A stretch of 64,000 nt of DNA, taken from the NCBI GenBank assembly GCA_965203555.1, contig CBDBCY010000004.1:2464001-2528000 (forward strand), given 5' to 3'. Position numbers and translations under genes: made by a program. The notes under the pieces were generated by a model that saw only the letters and a list, made by a program, of their open reading frames with translations, did not search any database and had not been told where the DNA came from. Below, in pieces: positions 1-7,403 of this stretch (position 1 is its first letter; each line of letters begins with the position of its first letter). This DNA is from Acidimicrobiia bacterium (lineage in GTDB: Bacteria > Actinomycetota > Acidimicrobiia > Spongiisociales > ZC4RG35).

Positions 1-224
1 CCGCCGTTCCAAGGTGAGAGCATCGGTGTAGGTTTATAGCTTTCCAGGAAGAATCCCTGTATGGCGTCGCGGGCTAGGTCACTGTTGATGTGGAGAGTGG
101 AGTCCTTCCAAAAAGACAAAAGCTCAGACGAGCATTGCTTATGGAGAATGCTCAGAATCCCTAATCCTCGTAGGTATGAGAGCAAGGGAGTAGAACGACA
201 ACCGGTCAAGGCGATGAGACTCAA
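1..224 (-). CDS. csx17: Type I-G (I-U) Cascade large subunit Csx17/Cas8g, N-terminal part (runs off the window edge)
   Basis: Not in the ORF track. A TTG start overlaps the cas3 stop (TTGA). It translates MSLIALTGCRSTPLLSYLRGLGIL...FFLESYKPTPMLSPWNGG, matching the Csx17 N-terminal pattern GC.P.PL.SYL..LG...Y.PTP..SPWNGG. Confidence 0.88.
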   Translation of the reverse strand, partial: MSLIALTGCRSTPLLSYLRGLGILSILHKQCSSELLSFWKDSTLHINSDLARDAIQGFFLESYKPTPMLSPWNG

Positions 225-2614
225 GACAGTGCCCTCCCCGGGTTAGCACTGGCTCGCCAATCGGCCATCCTCACCAGCATCTCCAGAAATGCCAGACGGA
301 AGGGTCCCAGATCGGACCGATCGCGGAGTGTGAGCATCCGAGCGGTGTAACTGGGGGCAAGACCATCGCCGTTGCCCAAGCCTACGTCTGCGAGACAAAC
401 CTCGCCCCCGCGGGTCTTCCCGCCGGGTATCTCCACGGCTGGCACGTAGTCGCCATCCACCACCCCGAGCGCGATGTCTCGGGCTCTCTTGTTCGGCGGG
501 GGCCGTTCGTCTTCCAATCGACGGACCCCCAACCGGACTCGGCCATGGTGTCCTGCTGCTAAGAAAACCACTAGGTCAGGTTCAGCTACGTCTTCAAGAA
601 GGAATCGTTCGGGGCCAAGCAGCATCAAGGCGGAGACAAGACCGTGCCGGAAGTGTCTCTGGGAGTATCTCAAGGTCCGTTTGTTTCCTCCTTTGGCGAG
701 CACCGCTTCCTCCTCCGGGAGAGGATCAGAGTCTGCCCGTGTCTTCCTGATAGCGTCTTGGAAAACTTGATGTGCCTTGCCGAGGTCGTGATATCTGGCA
801 GCCAACCGTGCCGCCTGAACGGCATTGGTAGGTACGTCAAGGGATCCGAATTCGTCTATTATTTCTACGAAGGATGATTCGGTGTCCGCCAAATGATCCC
901 GGAGTGTCAACCACGGGACTCGGGAGAAGGCGCTTGCCGGATCATCGCCTATAGCCGAATCATGCTGATCGGCCAACACTTTATCGCCGGAGACCGGCGT
1001 AACAGGTTTGGAGGAACGGTCCCAGCCCAGTTCGGATCCATAACCGCCGGTGGCTACGTCAAGGACAACCGTCAAATTAGGTCGTATGTCACGGGCCAAG
1101 ATTTGCGACCAGCGGCGTTCGCCCCGGGCTAGCGGATCTGCTACAAAGGCACGCGCTTTTTTATTGCTGACGAATCTCCGTAACTCTCCTATAGGTACAC
1201 GGCAGATCTCTGTGGCGGAGGGTCCGGTATCAGGCGACGGATGGTTGTCGTCGGTGACCGTGCGCCAGAGCACCATCACGTCACGATCAGCGGTGTCGCG
1301 AATGAACCGCCCGACGTCAATGTCGTTGCCGGTCAGGTCTGGCAAGGTGTCGAACAACTCAACAAGGTCACGTCTGCGGAGAGTGGGAACCGGATCGAGG
1401 TTCGTTTGGACAGTCTTTGCCGACAGCGATGTCGGTGTAACCGTGTCTGGGAGGCTGGTCAGCACTCTCTCGGCAGTGTCGAGTTCATCTTGGTTGTAGG
1501 GATGAGCAGTCTTAGGTCGCATCCACAACATCTGGGCGTCCACTGTTTCGCCTGTTCTGTTGCAGCGTCCCGCTCTTTGCACGAGGGATGACCAAGGCGC
1601 CAGATCGGTGAGGAGGGTTGCAGATGAGATGTCCAGGCCGGCTTCCACGACCTGGGTGGCAATCACAATGCGTCCCGATAATGGGATATCAGCCAGGATC
1701 CGGCTTAGCGCAGCTTGGCGGTCTCCTTGGCGAAATCGTGAATGAATCAGTACCACCTCAGCGTCTGTCTTCATTCTCCTGAGTGCCTTATAAGAGTCCT
1801 GTGCGCGCCTCACATTGTTCGCAACCACCAGTGTCAAAGTGTCGGGTCGGTGATTGTCATAGGCGAGGCGGGCTACATCTATAGGTTTTGGTGCGTGTCC
1901 AACATCTCGGATTTGACGCGGCGCGTCAGATCGTTTGGTCAATGTCTCCCAGGAGCGATCCTCTTCGCCGAGTTCCACAATGCGGCCTACCTCCGGTGCA
2001 TCAACGGTCTTAAGCGCATTGAAGTTCACTGTTGCCGACATCCACATGGTGCTCGTGGGCTGAGCGGTGCCGAAGATCTCGCGAAAGGCTTGAATTTGAC
2101 GCCCGGTCGACACGGCTGCATCCATCAGTTGGATCTCATCGAATACCCACTGGCACCCGGAGTTGAAGGCGCCGAAAGAGATGGGCCAATTCCATCGGTT
2201 GTCTGCGAATCCGCGGTTGAGAGCCCGTGAGAGAAGCATGTCCATCGTGCCTATGAACACGGCATCACGCTCTGGATTGAGTCTCCACTCTTGATCACTC
2301 CAGGCGGCTCCGCCCATCACGCGGTGGACTCCCAGTTCTTCCTGGCCGAGACCAAGGGCTTCCCGCCACTTGACGAACCGATTGAAGGTTTGGTCGACAA
2401 GTGTGCGCATGGGAAGGGCGTAAACCAGCCATCTAGGGGTTGTCCCCCGGGCGGCGTGCCTCCGGAGCCACAGCCAACTAAGCCCCGCGGCTTCCGTTTT
2501 CCCACATCCCGTATCCACTCGCAACACTTCGGGCAATCCTTCGTGGGCGAGACGCGATTGGTAGGGATAGGGATTGTGGCTTGTCGCCTGCCGGAAAAAA
2601 CCGCTGAAATCCAT
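221..2614 (-). CDS. cas3: Cas3 helicase-nuclease with C-terminal HD domain (type I-G architecture)
   Basis: SF2 motifs: PYPYQ, TGCGKT, LPMRTL, DEIQ, MSAT, HSRF, ATQVVEAGLD, QRAGRCNR. C-terminal HD motifs: DHL, HDLGK, RH, GHHG, MADWRAS. A GGAGG SD precedes the ATG. Confidence 0.95.
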   Translation of the reverse strand: MDFSGFFRQATSHNPYPYQSRLAHEGLPEVLRVDTGCGKTEAAGLSWLWLRRHAARGTTPRWLVYALPMRTLVDQTFNRFVKWREALGLGQEELGVHRVMGGAAWSDQEWRLNPERDAVFIGTMDMLLSRALNRGFADNRWNWPISFGAFNSGCQWVFDEIQLMDAAVSTGRQIQAFREIFGTAQPTSTMWMSATVNFNALKTVDAPEVGRIVELGEEDRSWETLTKRSDAPRQIRDVGHAPKPIDVARLAYDNHRPDTLTLVVANNVRRAQDSYKALRRMKTDAEVVLIHSRFRQGDRQAALSRILADIPLSGRIVIATQVVEAGLDISSATLLTDLAPWSSLVQRAGRCNRTGETVDAQMLWMRPKTAHPYNQDELDTAERVLTSLPDTVTPTSLSAKTVQTNLDPVPTLRRRDLVELFDTLPDLTGNDIDVGRFIRDTADRDVMVLWRTVTDDNHPSPDTGPSATEICRVPIGELRRFVSNKKARAFVADPLARGERRWSQILARDIRPNLTVVLDVATGGYGSELGWDRSSKPVTPVSGDKVLADQHDSAIGDDPASAFSRVPWLTLRDHLADTESSFVEIIDEFGSLDVPTNAVQAARLAARYHDLGKAHQVFQDAIRKTRADSDPLPEEEAVLAKGGNKRTLRYSQRHFRHGLVSALMLLGPERFLLEDVAEPDLVVFLAAGHHGRVRLGVRRLEDERPPPNKRARDIALGVVDGDYVPAVEIPGGKTRGGEVCLADVGLGNGDGLAPSYTARMLTLRDRSDLGPFRLAFLEMLVRMADWRASANPGRALS

Positions 2615-2901
2615 TACTTACCTCCACCAGTGGGAGCAAGGCCCACTTTCTTAGGGACGGGTGTCGTTGGATAGCATCTTCGGGTACGCATTTCTGTCGT
2701 TGGCTTAGTGTAGATAGAGGGGTGTGACACCTTGCCATTGGCGTTTTTAGTTGGAGGTCTCTGACTGAAGCAGATAGAGCACATGGGGACATTCCCGCTG
2801 CCCCAAGCGTCAACGGGTTCTCCTTTGGTCTTGTGAGCGCGCCATTCCCAATAGTCATGTTGCTTTCCTCCAGCGATGATCCACGGTGTGATGAGACCCA
2901 T
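2614..2901 (-). CDS. Hypothetical 95-aa ORF translationally coupled to cas3 (uncertain)
   Basis: ATG at 2901 lies just after the TATAAT box. Its TAA overlaps the cas3 ATG (TAATG). It contains CxxC but no recognisable family motif. Confidence 0.35.
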   Translation of the reverse strand: MGLITPWIIAGGKQHDYWEWRAHKTKGEPVDAWGSGNVPMCSICFSQRPPTKNANGKVSHPSIYTKPTTEMRTRRCYPTTPVPKKVGLAPTGGGK

Positions 2902-2910
2902 GTCGCCTTG

Positions 2911-2940
2911 ATTATAGGCACTCTGGTCCCATACAGCCAA
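2911..2940 (-). promoter_or_regulatory. Predicted sigma70 promoter of the uORF-cas3-csx17 operon
   Basis: Minus strand reads TTGGCT (2940-2935), 18 nt, then a perfect TATAAT (2916-2911), oriented toward cas3. Confidence 0.7.
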
Positions 2941-2968
2941 CTATCAGCAACTGTACTCACGGGAAGCC

Positions 2969-3051
2969 AAAAGAGGCAGGACCTGGCGAGGGTCCCGGCA
3001 GGTTGAGCATACATCCAGCTATCAGGCCGCAATGGAGGCCAGGTCCCGCCT
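2969..3051 (-). CRISPR. Single-spacer crRNA-like element (CreA/CreR-like) with a split I-G repeat
   Basis: Minus strand: AGGCGGGACCTGGC-CTCC-ATTGCGGC (3' half of an actinobacterial I-G-like repeat), then the spacer CTGATAGCTGGATGTATG..., then GCCAGGTCCTGCCT-CTTTT. Spacer nt 1-18 match 2947-2930 at 16/18 with an upstream TTG PAM. Confidence 0.7.
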
Positions 3052-3057
3052 TGTCGG

Positions 3058-3086
3058 AGGATACCGCAATTGCCACTTGACAAGTG
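3058..3086 (-). promoter_or_regulatory. Putative promoter and operator for the crRNA-like RNA
   Basis: A -10-like TATCCT at 3063-3058 places +1 near 3051, the first base of the RNA stem. The palindrome CACTTG-A-CAAGTG lies at 3074-3086. Confidence 0.4.
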
Positions 3087-3212
3087 TCAGGACAGGGAGA
3101 AGCGTGTTGCCTCAGCCTGGAGGCCTTTTGGCAGGTCCAACGCGCACCACCCCGACATTCATCTGCGGGGGAGGGGGAGATTGGTGTGGTGTATTGTTCG
3201 GCGCAAAGCATT

Positions 3213-3434
3213 ATGACCAACGACCTGACCGACGAGGGTGTGGAGGCAATCCTGCAACGTGGTTCCCCTGCCTCATGGCCGGACTCCCACAGTGATGAGT
3301 TGAAGATACCCTTCGGTCGCCACCGGGATAACATCTGGATCATCGGGGATATCGTCTCTCCCATGCCTGTCGAGTGGTTCGAAGGGAGTGTTGATGGGGA
3401 CGAGGACTTGTTTAGCCCACTGACGAGTGGTTAA
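3213..3434 (+). CDS. Small antitoxin-like protein (DUF2281/VapB-type C-terminus), no cognate toxin adjacent
   Basis: 73 aa. PFGRHRDNIWIIGDIVSPMPVEWF resembles the G..kG.iwI..D...P.p tail of VapB-type antitoxins, including the one at 46652. Confidence 0.45.
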   Translation: MTNDLTDEGVEAILQRGSPASWPDSHSDELKIPFGRHRDNIWIIGDIVSPMPVEWFEGSVDGDEDLFSPLTSG

Positions 3435-3467
3435 GTCAAGAGGAATGCCGAGGGATTGCACTATGGA

Positions 3468-3558
3468 GCGTTCGGTGGAGTTGCGCTCCATCGCCTGGGT
3501 TGTTTCACCACTGACACTTCCTCCTGATCCCCTCCTGAGTCGGAGATGGCCAGTGCGC
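3468..3558 (-). pseudogene. Degenerate duplicate of the wecB 3' region
   Basis: Translates ALAISDSGGDQEEVSVVKQP/RNSTER versus wecB ALAVSDSGGVQEEVSVVKRP...RNSTER. An 18-bp stretch is identical at 3468-3485 and 5130-5147. Confidence 0.75.
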
Positions 3559-3694
3559 CTCTGGCGAATGGAGCAAGTGGGATGAACGGGACCGCTGATG
3601 GAGGGCGGCAGGGGGTGGCAAAGAGCCAATCTGTCACAGGGCCAAGGTTATGCTGAGCCTATGGTGTCCAGTCGAGATCAGGAGGGGAAACCGT

Positions 3695-4450
3695 ATGACA
3701 ACTGAAGCCGCTGTCTTTTCTGGAAGTGAGGCGACCCAAGGGGCGACGCGCACCTTGTTCCAATCAAAAAAGCGTGAGGTGCGGAATGGCGCTGCTACGA
3801 ACGAGCTTGTTCTGAGCGCCTATGTGGGTGGGAACGAACATGTCTTTCCTCGAGTGATGGGCTTGTACGTAAGTCCCGGAAGTGTGGTGGCTGATGTCAC
3901 CTACGGCAAGGGTGTGTTCTGGAAGAACATACCGGCCGACCGCTATACGCTCCTGGCCACGGACATCCAGGACGGGGTGGACTGCCGGGATCTCCCTTAT
4001 GCGGATGAAGAGATCGACTGTGTGGTTCTCGATCCCCCTTACATGCACTCACCTGGGGGTACTGCCCATCGCTCTCATACGCCCTTTGAGACCTACTACA
4101 GGAATAACGGGTCGGGAGGACAGACTCGTCGGAAATATCACGAAGCCGTTTTGGACCTGTACCTCGACGCTGCGCGGGAAGCGTATCGTGTGTTGCGCGA
4201 GAGGGGCGTTTTCATCGTCAAGTGCCAAGATCAGGTTTGTTCCAACCGGCAGCGCTTCACCCATGTCGAGATTATGGAGGCGTGTGGCGAGATGGGGTTC
4301 GTCGCGGAAGACCTGTTTGTTGTTGTGCGGAACAATCGACCGGGGGTCAGCCGCGTGGTTCGCCAGGTGCATGCCCGCAAGAACCACTCCTATTTCTTGG
4401 TGTTCTGGAAGCGCGGGGCCAAGGGGTCACTGTGGGAAGCTCCCGGCTGA
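3695..4450 (+). CDS. DNA amino-methyltransferase (m6A/m4C)
   Basis: SAM-binding motif variant DVTYGKG and catalytic DPPY. A GGAGGGG SD precedes ATG 3695. Confidence 0.88.
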   Translation: MTTEAAVFSGSEATQGATRTLFQSKKREVRNGAATNELVLSAYVGGNEHVFPRVMGLYVSPGSVVADVTYGKGVFWKNIPADRYTLLATDIQDGVDCRDLPYADEEIDCVVLDPPYMHSPGGTAHRSHTPFETYYRNNGSGGQTRRKYHEAVLDLYLDAAREAYRVLRERGVFIVKCQDQVCSNRQRFTHVEIMEACGEMGFVAEDLFVVVRNNRPGVSRVVRQVHARKNHSYFLVFWKRGAKGSLWEAPG

Positions 4451-4464
4451 GTCCTGTCGACCTC

Positions 4465-4947
4465 ATGGTGAAGGTCATCAAGGATCACACACCAGAGTCG
4501 ATCTGGACGGATTCGCCTTTCATGGGTTATCGCCTGGTTGGGAACACCAATCGCGGCGAAATCGGAGAGGATTTTATTCGCCGATACTTGAAGGGGGCCG
4601 GTATCGGGGTCGGAAACGGTTCGCGCGTCACTCCAACCGATCTGCGGATCGCCGGAGAGAGGTTTGAGGTAAAGACCGCATCGTTGGGAGCGAACGCGAC
4701 CTTCCAATTCAACCATGTCCGACTCGACAAGCAATACCGATATCTGCTGTGTCTGGGGATTTGCCCTCATCGCATCGTGTTCAACGCATGGCGCAAGGGT
4801 GCTCTTTCAGAAGGAGAGGCCGGGAAGCTCGTCCGTATGGCGGAGGGACAGAGCACTACACACAAACTGACGAAGAAGCTGGCTGATATGAGGCCGATCG
4901 AGGAACTGCCCCTGTGGATTCGGGAAGAAGTAATCGAGAATGGTTAG
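4465..4947 (+). CDS. Putative PD-(D/E)xK type II restriction endonuclease
   Basis: GEIGE...TD-LRIAGERF-EVK...FQFNHVR. It directly follows the MTase; the start may be the CTG at 4447 overlapping the MTase stop. Confidence 0.7.
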   Translation: MVKVIKDHTPESIWTDSPFMGYRLVGNTNRGEIGEDFIRRYLKGAGIGVGNGSRVTPTDLRIAGERFEVKTASLGANATFQFNHVRLDKQYRYLLCLGICPHRIVFNAWRKGALSEGEAGKLVRMAEGQSTTHKLTKKLADMRPIEELPLWIREEVIENG

Positions 4948-6046
4948 CCGGAGACCAGCTTTTCGATGAGGGTGACCGAACGGAGTGAGGCTGTGCCGTC
5001 TCCGTAGGGGGTGGGGGTATTGGCTAAGCGGCGGTGGGTGCAGTCCAGGGTTTCCGTTATCTGGGTGATGGCCTCGTTCACTCCGTCGCCAGGCTTGCGG
5101 AGTATGGCGAAGGTGCCCAGGACTTCGGGGCGTTCGGTGGAGTTGCGGACGACCACCATGGGGCGTTTGACTACTGATACCTCTTCCTGAACTCCGCCCG
5201 AGTCGGAGACTGCCAGGGCGCATTCGGCGAGGAGGGAGAGGAACTCTGGGTAGGGGAGGGGTCCACTACTCGCAGCCGGTCGAGGAGCGGCTGCAGTCCG
5301 AACGAGGCGGCGCGGTGACGGCTGCGCGGGTGGAGCGGCAGCACGACCGGCAGGGAAAGTCCGGCCAGATCGGAGAGGATGGTTTTCCAAGTCCGGGGAT
5401 GGTCGACGTTCTCGGGGCGATGGAAGGTGGAGAGGATGAACCCGTTGGGATTCAGACCGTGGCGGTTCAGGATCCGAGCACGCTGGTCGGGAAGTGGAAG
5501 TAGCGACTCCAGCGCCTCCACCACCGGGTTGCCGGTGACCGCCACCCGGTCGCCCGCTATCCCCTCCCTGGCCAGGTTGGAGGCCGATGTCTCGGTGGGC
5601 GCCAGGCACAGGTCGGAGAGATGGTCGCACACCACCCGGTTGTGTTCTTCGGGCATGGCCCGGTCGTAGCTGCGCAGTCCCGCCTCCACATGCACCAGCA
5701 GAGTCTCGGTGGCGTTGGCGGCCAGTGAGCCGGCCAGCACCGCGTTGGTGTCTCCCTGCACCACCACCGCCCGCGGAGGGTCATTCAGGAAAAGACGGGT
5801 GAGGCGGGAGGTGGCCTCTCCGATCTGGATGCCCCGGGGCTCCCCTCCAACCTCGAGGAAGTGGGTCGGGAGGGGCAGGTCGAAGGCCCTGAAAAACGCC
5901 GCAGAGAGGTTGGCGTCGTAGTGCTGTCCGGTGTGGATCACCCGGGCGGCGGGTCCCAGCAGTTTGATGATGTGGGCCAGCTTGATGATTTCCGGACGGG
6001 TGCCGAGCACGATGGCGACGGCGCCGGGAGGCAGATCAGCGGTCAT
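4944..6046 (-). pseudogene. wecB: UDP-N-acetylglucosamine 2-epimerase, frameshifted near 5260
   Basis: GTRPEIIK, HTGQHY, QGDT, HVEAGLRS and PEEHNR lie in one frame; SDSGGVQEE and RNSTERPE lie in another. One C appears to be missing in a C-run (GAC CCC [C]TC CCC TAC). This could be a sequencing error. Confidence 0.85.
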
Positions 6047-6627
6047 TGCGGATTTCGCGAGATCCATTCGTGTTCAAGCAGCGAAAACACCTCGTGGTCC
6101 ATCCATTTTCCTCTCACCATGATCTCCTCCCGGGCGATCCCCTCATAGGAGAATCCCAGTTTCTCGGCCACCCGGCGGCTGGAGTGATTGCCGACCGCGA
6201 TTCTCATCAGGATACGATGGAGGCCCAATTCCTCGAATCCCAACGGCAGCAGGGCGCCGGCAGCCTCGGTGGCCACCCCCATTCCGGTCAGGTCGCTTCT
6301 TACCCAGTAACCGAGCTCACCGCTTCGCTGAATGCGGGAGGTGTACCAGATCCCCACGCCGCCCACCAGCCTGTCCGGCCGGTCTTTCATACTCACCGAG
6401 AAGTCAAAAGCTCGTCCGCGGCGCCACGACCGGCTGGAACTCCTGATGAATGTGCGGGCCTCCGCAAGTCCGTAGAGTCCCTGGGCCCAGGGCAACCATC
6501 GACTCAGTTCGGGAAGCGATTGCCCCACCGCCTCAGAGAGCGGGCGGGCGTCGCCGGAACGGAACCGGCGCAGCCAGAGTCGCTCAGTGGGGACCGCCGG
6601 AGGCATCGAATGAAAGTAGTTGGTCAA
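6043..6627 (-). CDS. RimJ/RimL-family GNAT acetyltransferase
   Basis: TERLWLR, GELGYW, GMGVATEA, N..SRRVAEKLGF..EG motifs. Confidence 0.9.
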   Translation of the reverse strand: MTNYFHSMPPAVPTERLWLRRFRSGDARPLSEAVGQSLPELSRWLPWAQGLYGLAEARTFIRSSSRSWRRGRAFDFSVSMKDRPDRLVGGVGIWYTSRIQRSGELGYWVRSDLTGMGVATEAAGALLPLGFEELGLHRILMRIAVGNHSSRRVAEKLGFSYEGIAREEIMVRGKWMDHEVFSLLEHEWISRNPQ

Positions 6628-6656
6628 GGGGTTTCGGTTGTCTGTTCCTTCGTGCC

Positions 6657-7232
6657 ATGATGGAGGGCATGTGGGACCGCCTTCACTATTCCATGGCTGA
6701 TCCGATCCTTCCCGAGGGAGACGTGGCGGCGGTGCTGGCTCTTATTTTCGCGGATGAGGAGGGAATTCTACGACTGGTGCTCACCAAGCGGTCCCGCACC
6801 CTCAACAGCCACGCCGGCCAGCTTGCCTTTCCGGGAGGCAAACCCCATCCCGAGGACACCGGTCCGGTGGATACCGCGCTTCGGGAGACCCATGAAGAGG
6901 TGGGTATCCATCCCTCCCAAGTGGAGGTCCTGGGTTTTCTGCCGTTGATTCGCACGGTGCGCTTCGCCCTGCCGATGCTGGGGATGGTGGCCCGGCTTGA
7001 GGAAGAACCGCTGTTTATCCCCTCGCCCGATGAGGTGGAGAAGGTCCTGACTCCATCCCTGGATAGCCTGGCCGATCCCGGCAGTTGGCTCGACCGGAGT
7101 TGGGCCGGCGTGCCGCTTTGGTTCATGGATGTCGACGGCGAGTGGCTGTGGGGCGCCACCGCCTATCTGGTGCGGGTGCTGGTGGGATTGCCCATTGCTC
7201 GGCGACCTGCGGCACGTGACTCGTTGATCTGA
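6657..7232 (+). CDS. Nudix CoA pyrophosphatase
   Basis: LTKRS...HAGQLAFPGG followed by the Nudix box ALRETHEEVG, and a C-terminal WGATA. Confidence 0.9.
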   Translation: MMEGMWDRLHYSMADPILPEGDVAAVLALIFADEEGILRLVLTKRSRTLNSHAGQLAFPGGKPHPEDTGPVDTALRETHEEVGIHPSQVEVLGFLPLIRTVRFALPMLGMVARLEEEPLFIPSPDEVEKVLTPSLDSLADPGSWLDRSWAGVPLWFMDVDGEWLWGATAYLVRVLVGLPIARRPAARDSLI

Positions 7233-7263
7233 GACGGAGTGTCACGAATTCAGTTGTAAATTG

Positions 7264-7293
7264 TTGGTGCATCACCAGAATTCTTGGTACAAT
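7264..7293 (+). promoter_or_regulatory. Promoter for a small non-coding transcript
   Basis: TTGGTG, 18 nt, then TACAAT preceded by TGn (extended -10). No ORF follows before the terminator. Confidence 0.6.
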
Positions 7294-7299
7294 ATCACC

Positions 7300-7365
7300 T
7301 TGAACCGCCTAGATCTCCTGACGGTGACTAGGCCCAGCAAAGACCCGCCTCGAGGCGGGTCTTTG
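7300..7365 (+). ncRNA. Putative ~65-nt structured sRNA convergent on the NYN gene
   Basis: Hairpin GCCTAG...CTAGGC (7307-7333) followed by a terminator hairpin. Confidence 0.5.
7338..7365. terminator. Bidirectional intrinsic terminator
   Basis: Perfect 28-bp palindrome CAAAGACCCGCCTCGAGGCGGGTCTTTG. Confidence 0.8.
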
Positions 7366-7403
7366 TGCATCACGTCCACCGGGTCTTTGTGCATCACGTC
7401 CAC
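7356..7403. repeat. 24-bp tandem duplication
   Basis: CGGGTCTTTGTGCATCACGTCCAC at 7356-7379 and 7380-7403. Confidence 0.95.
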
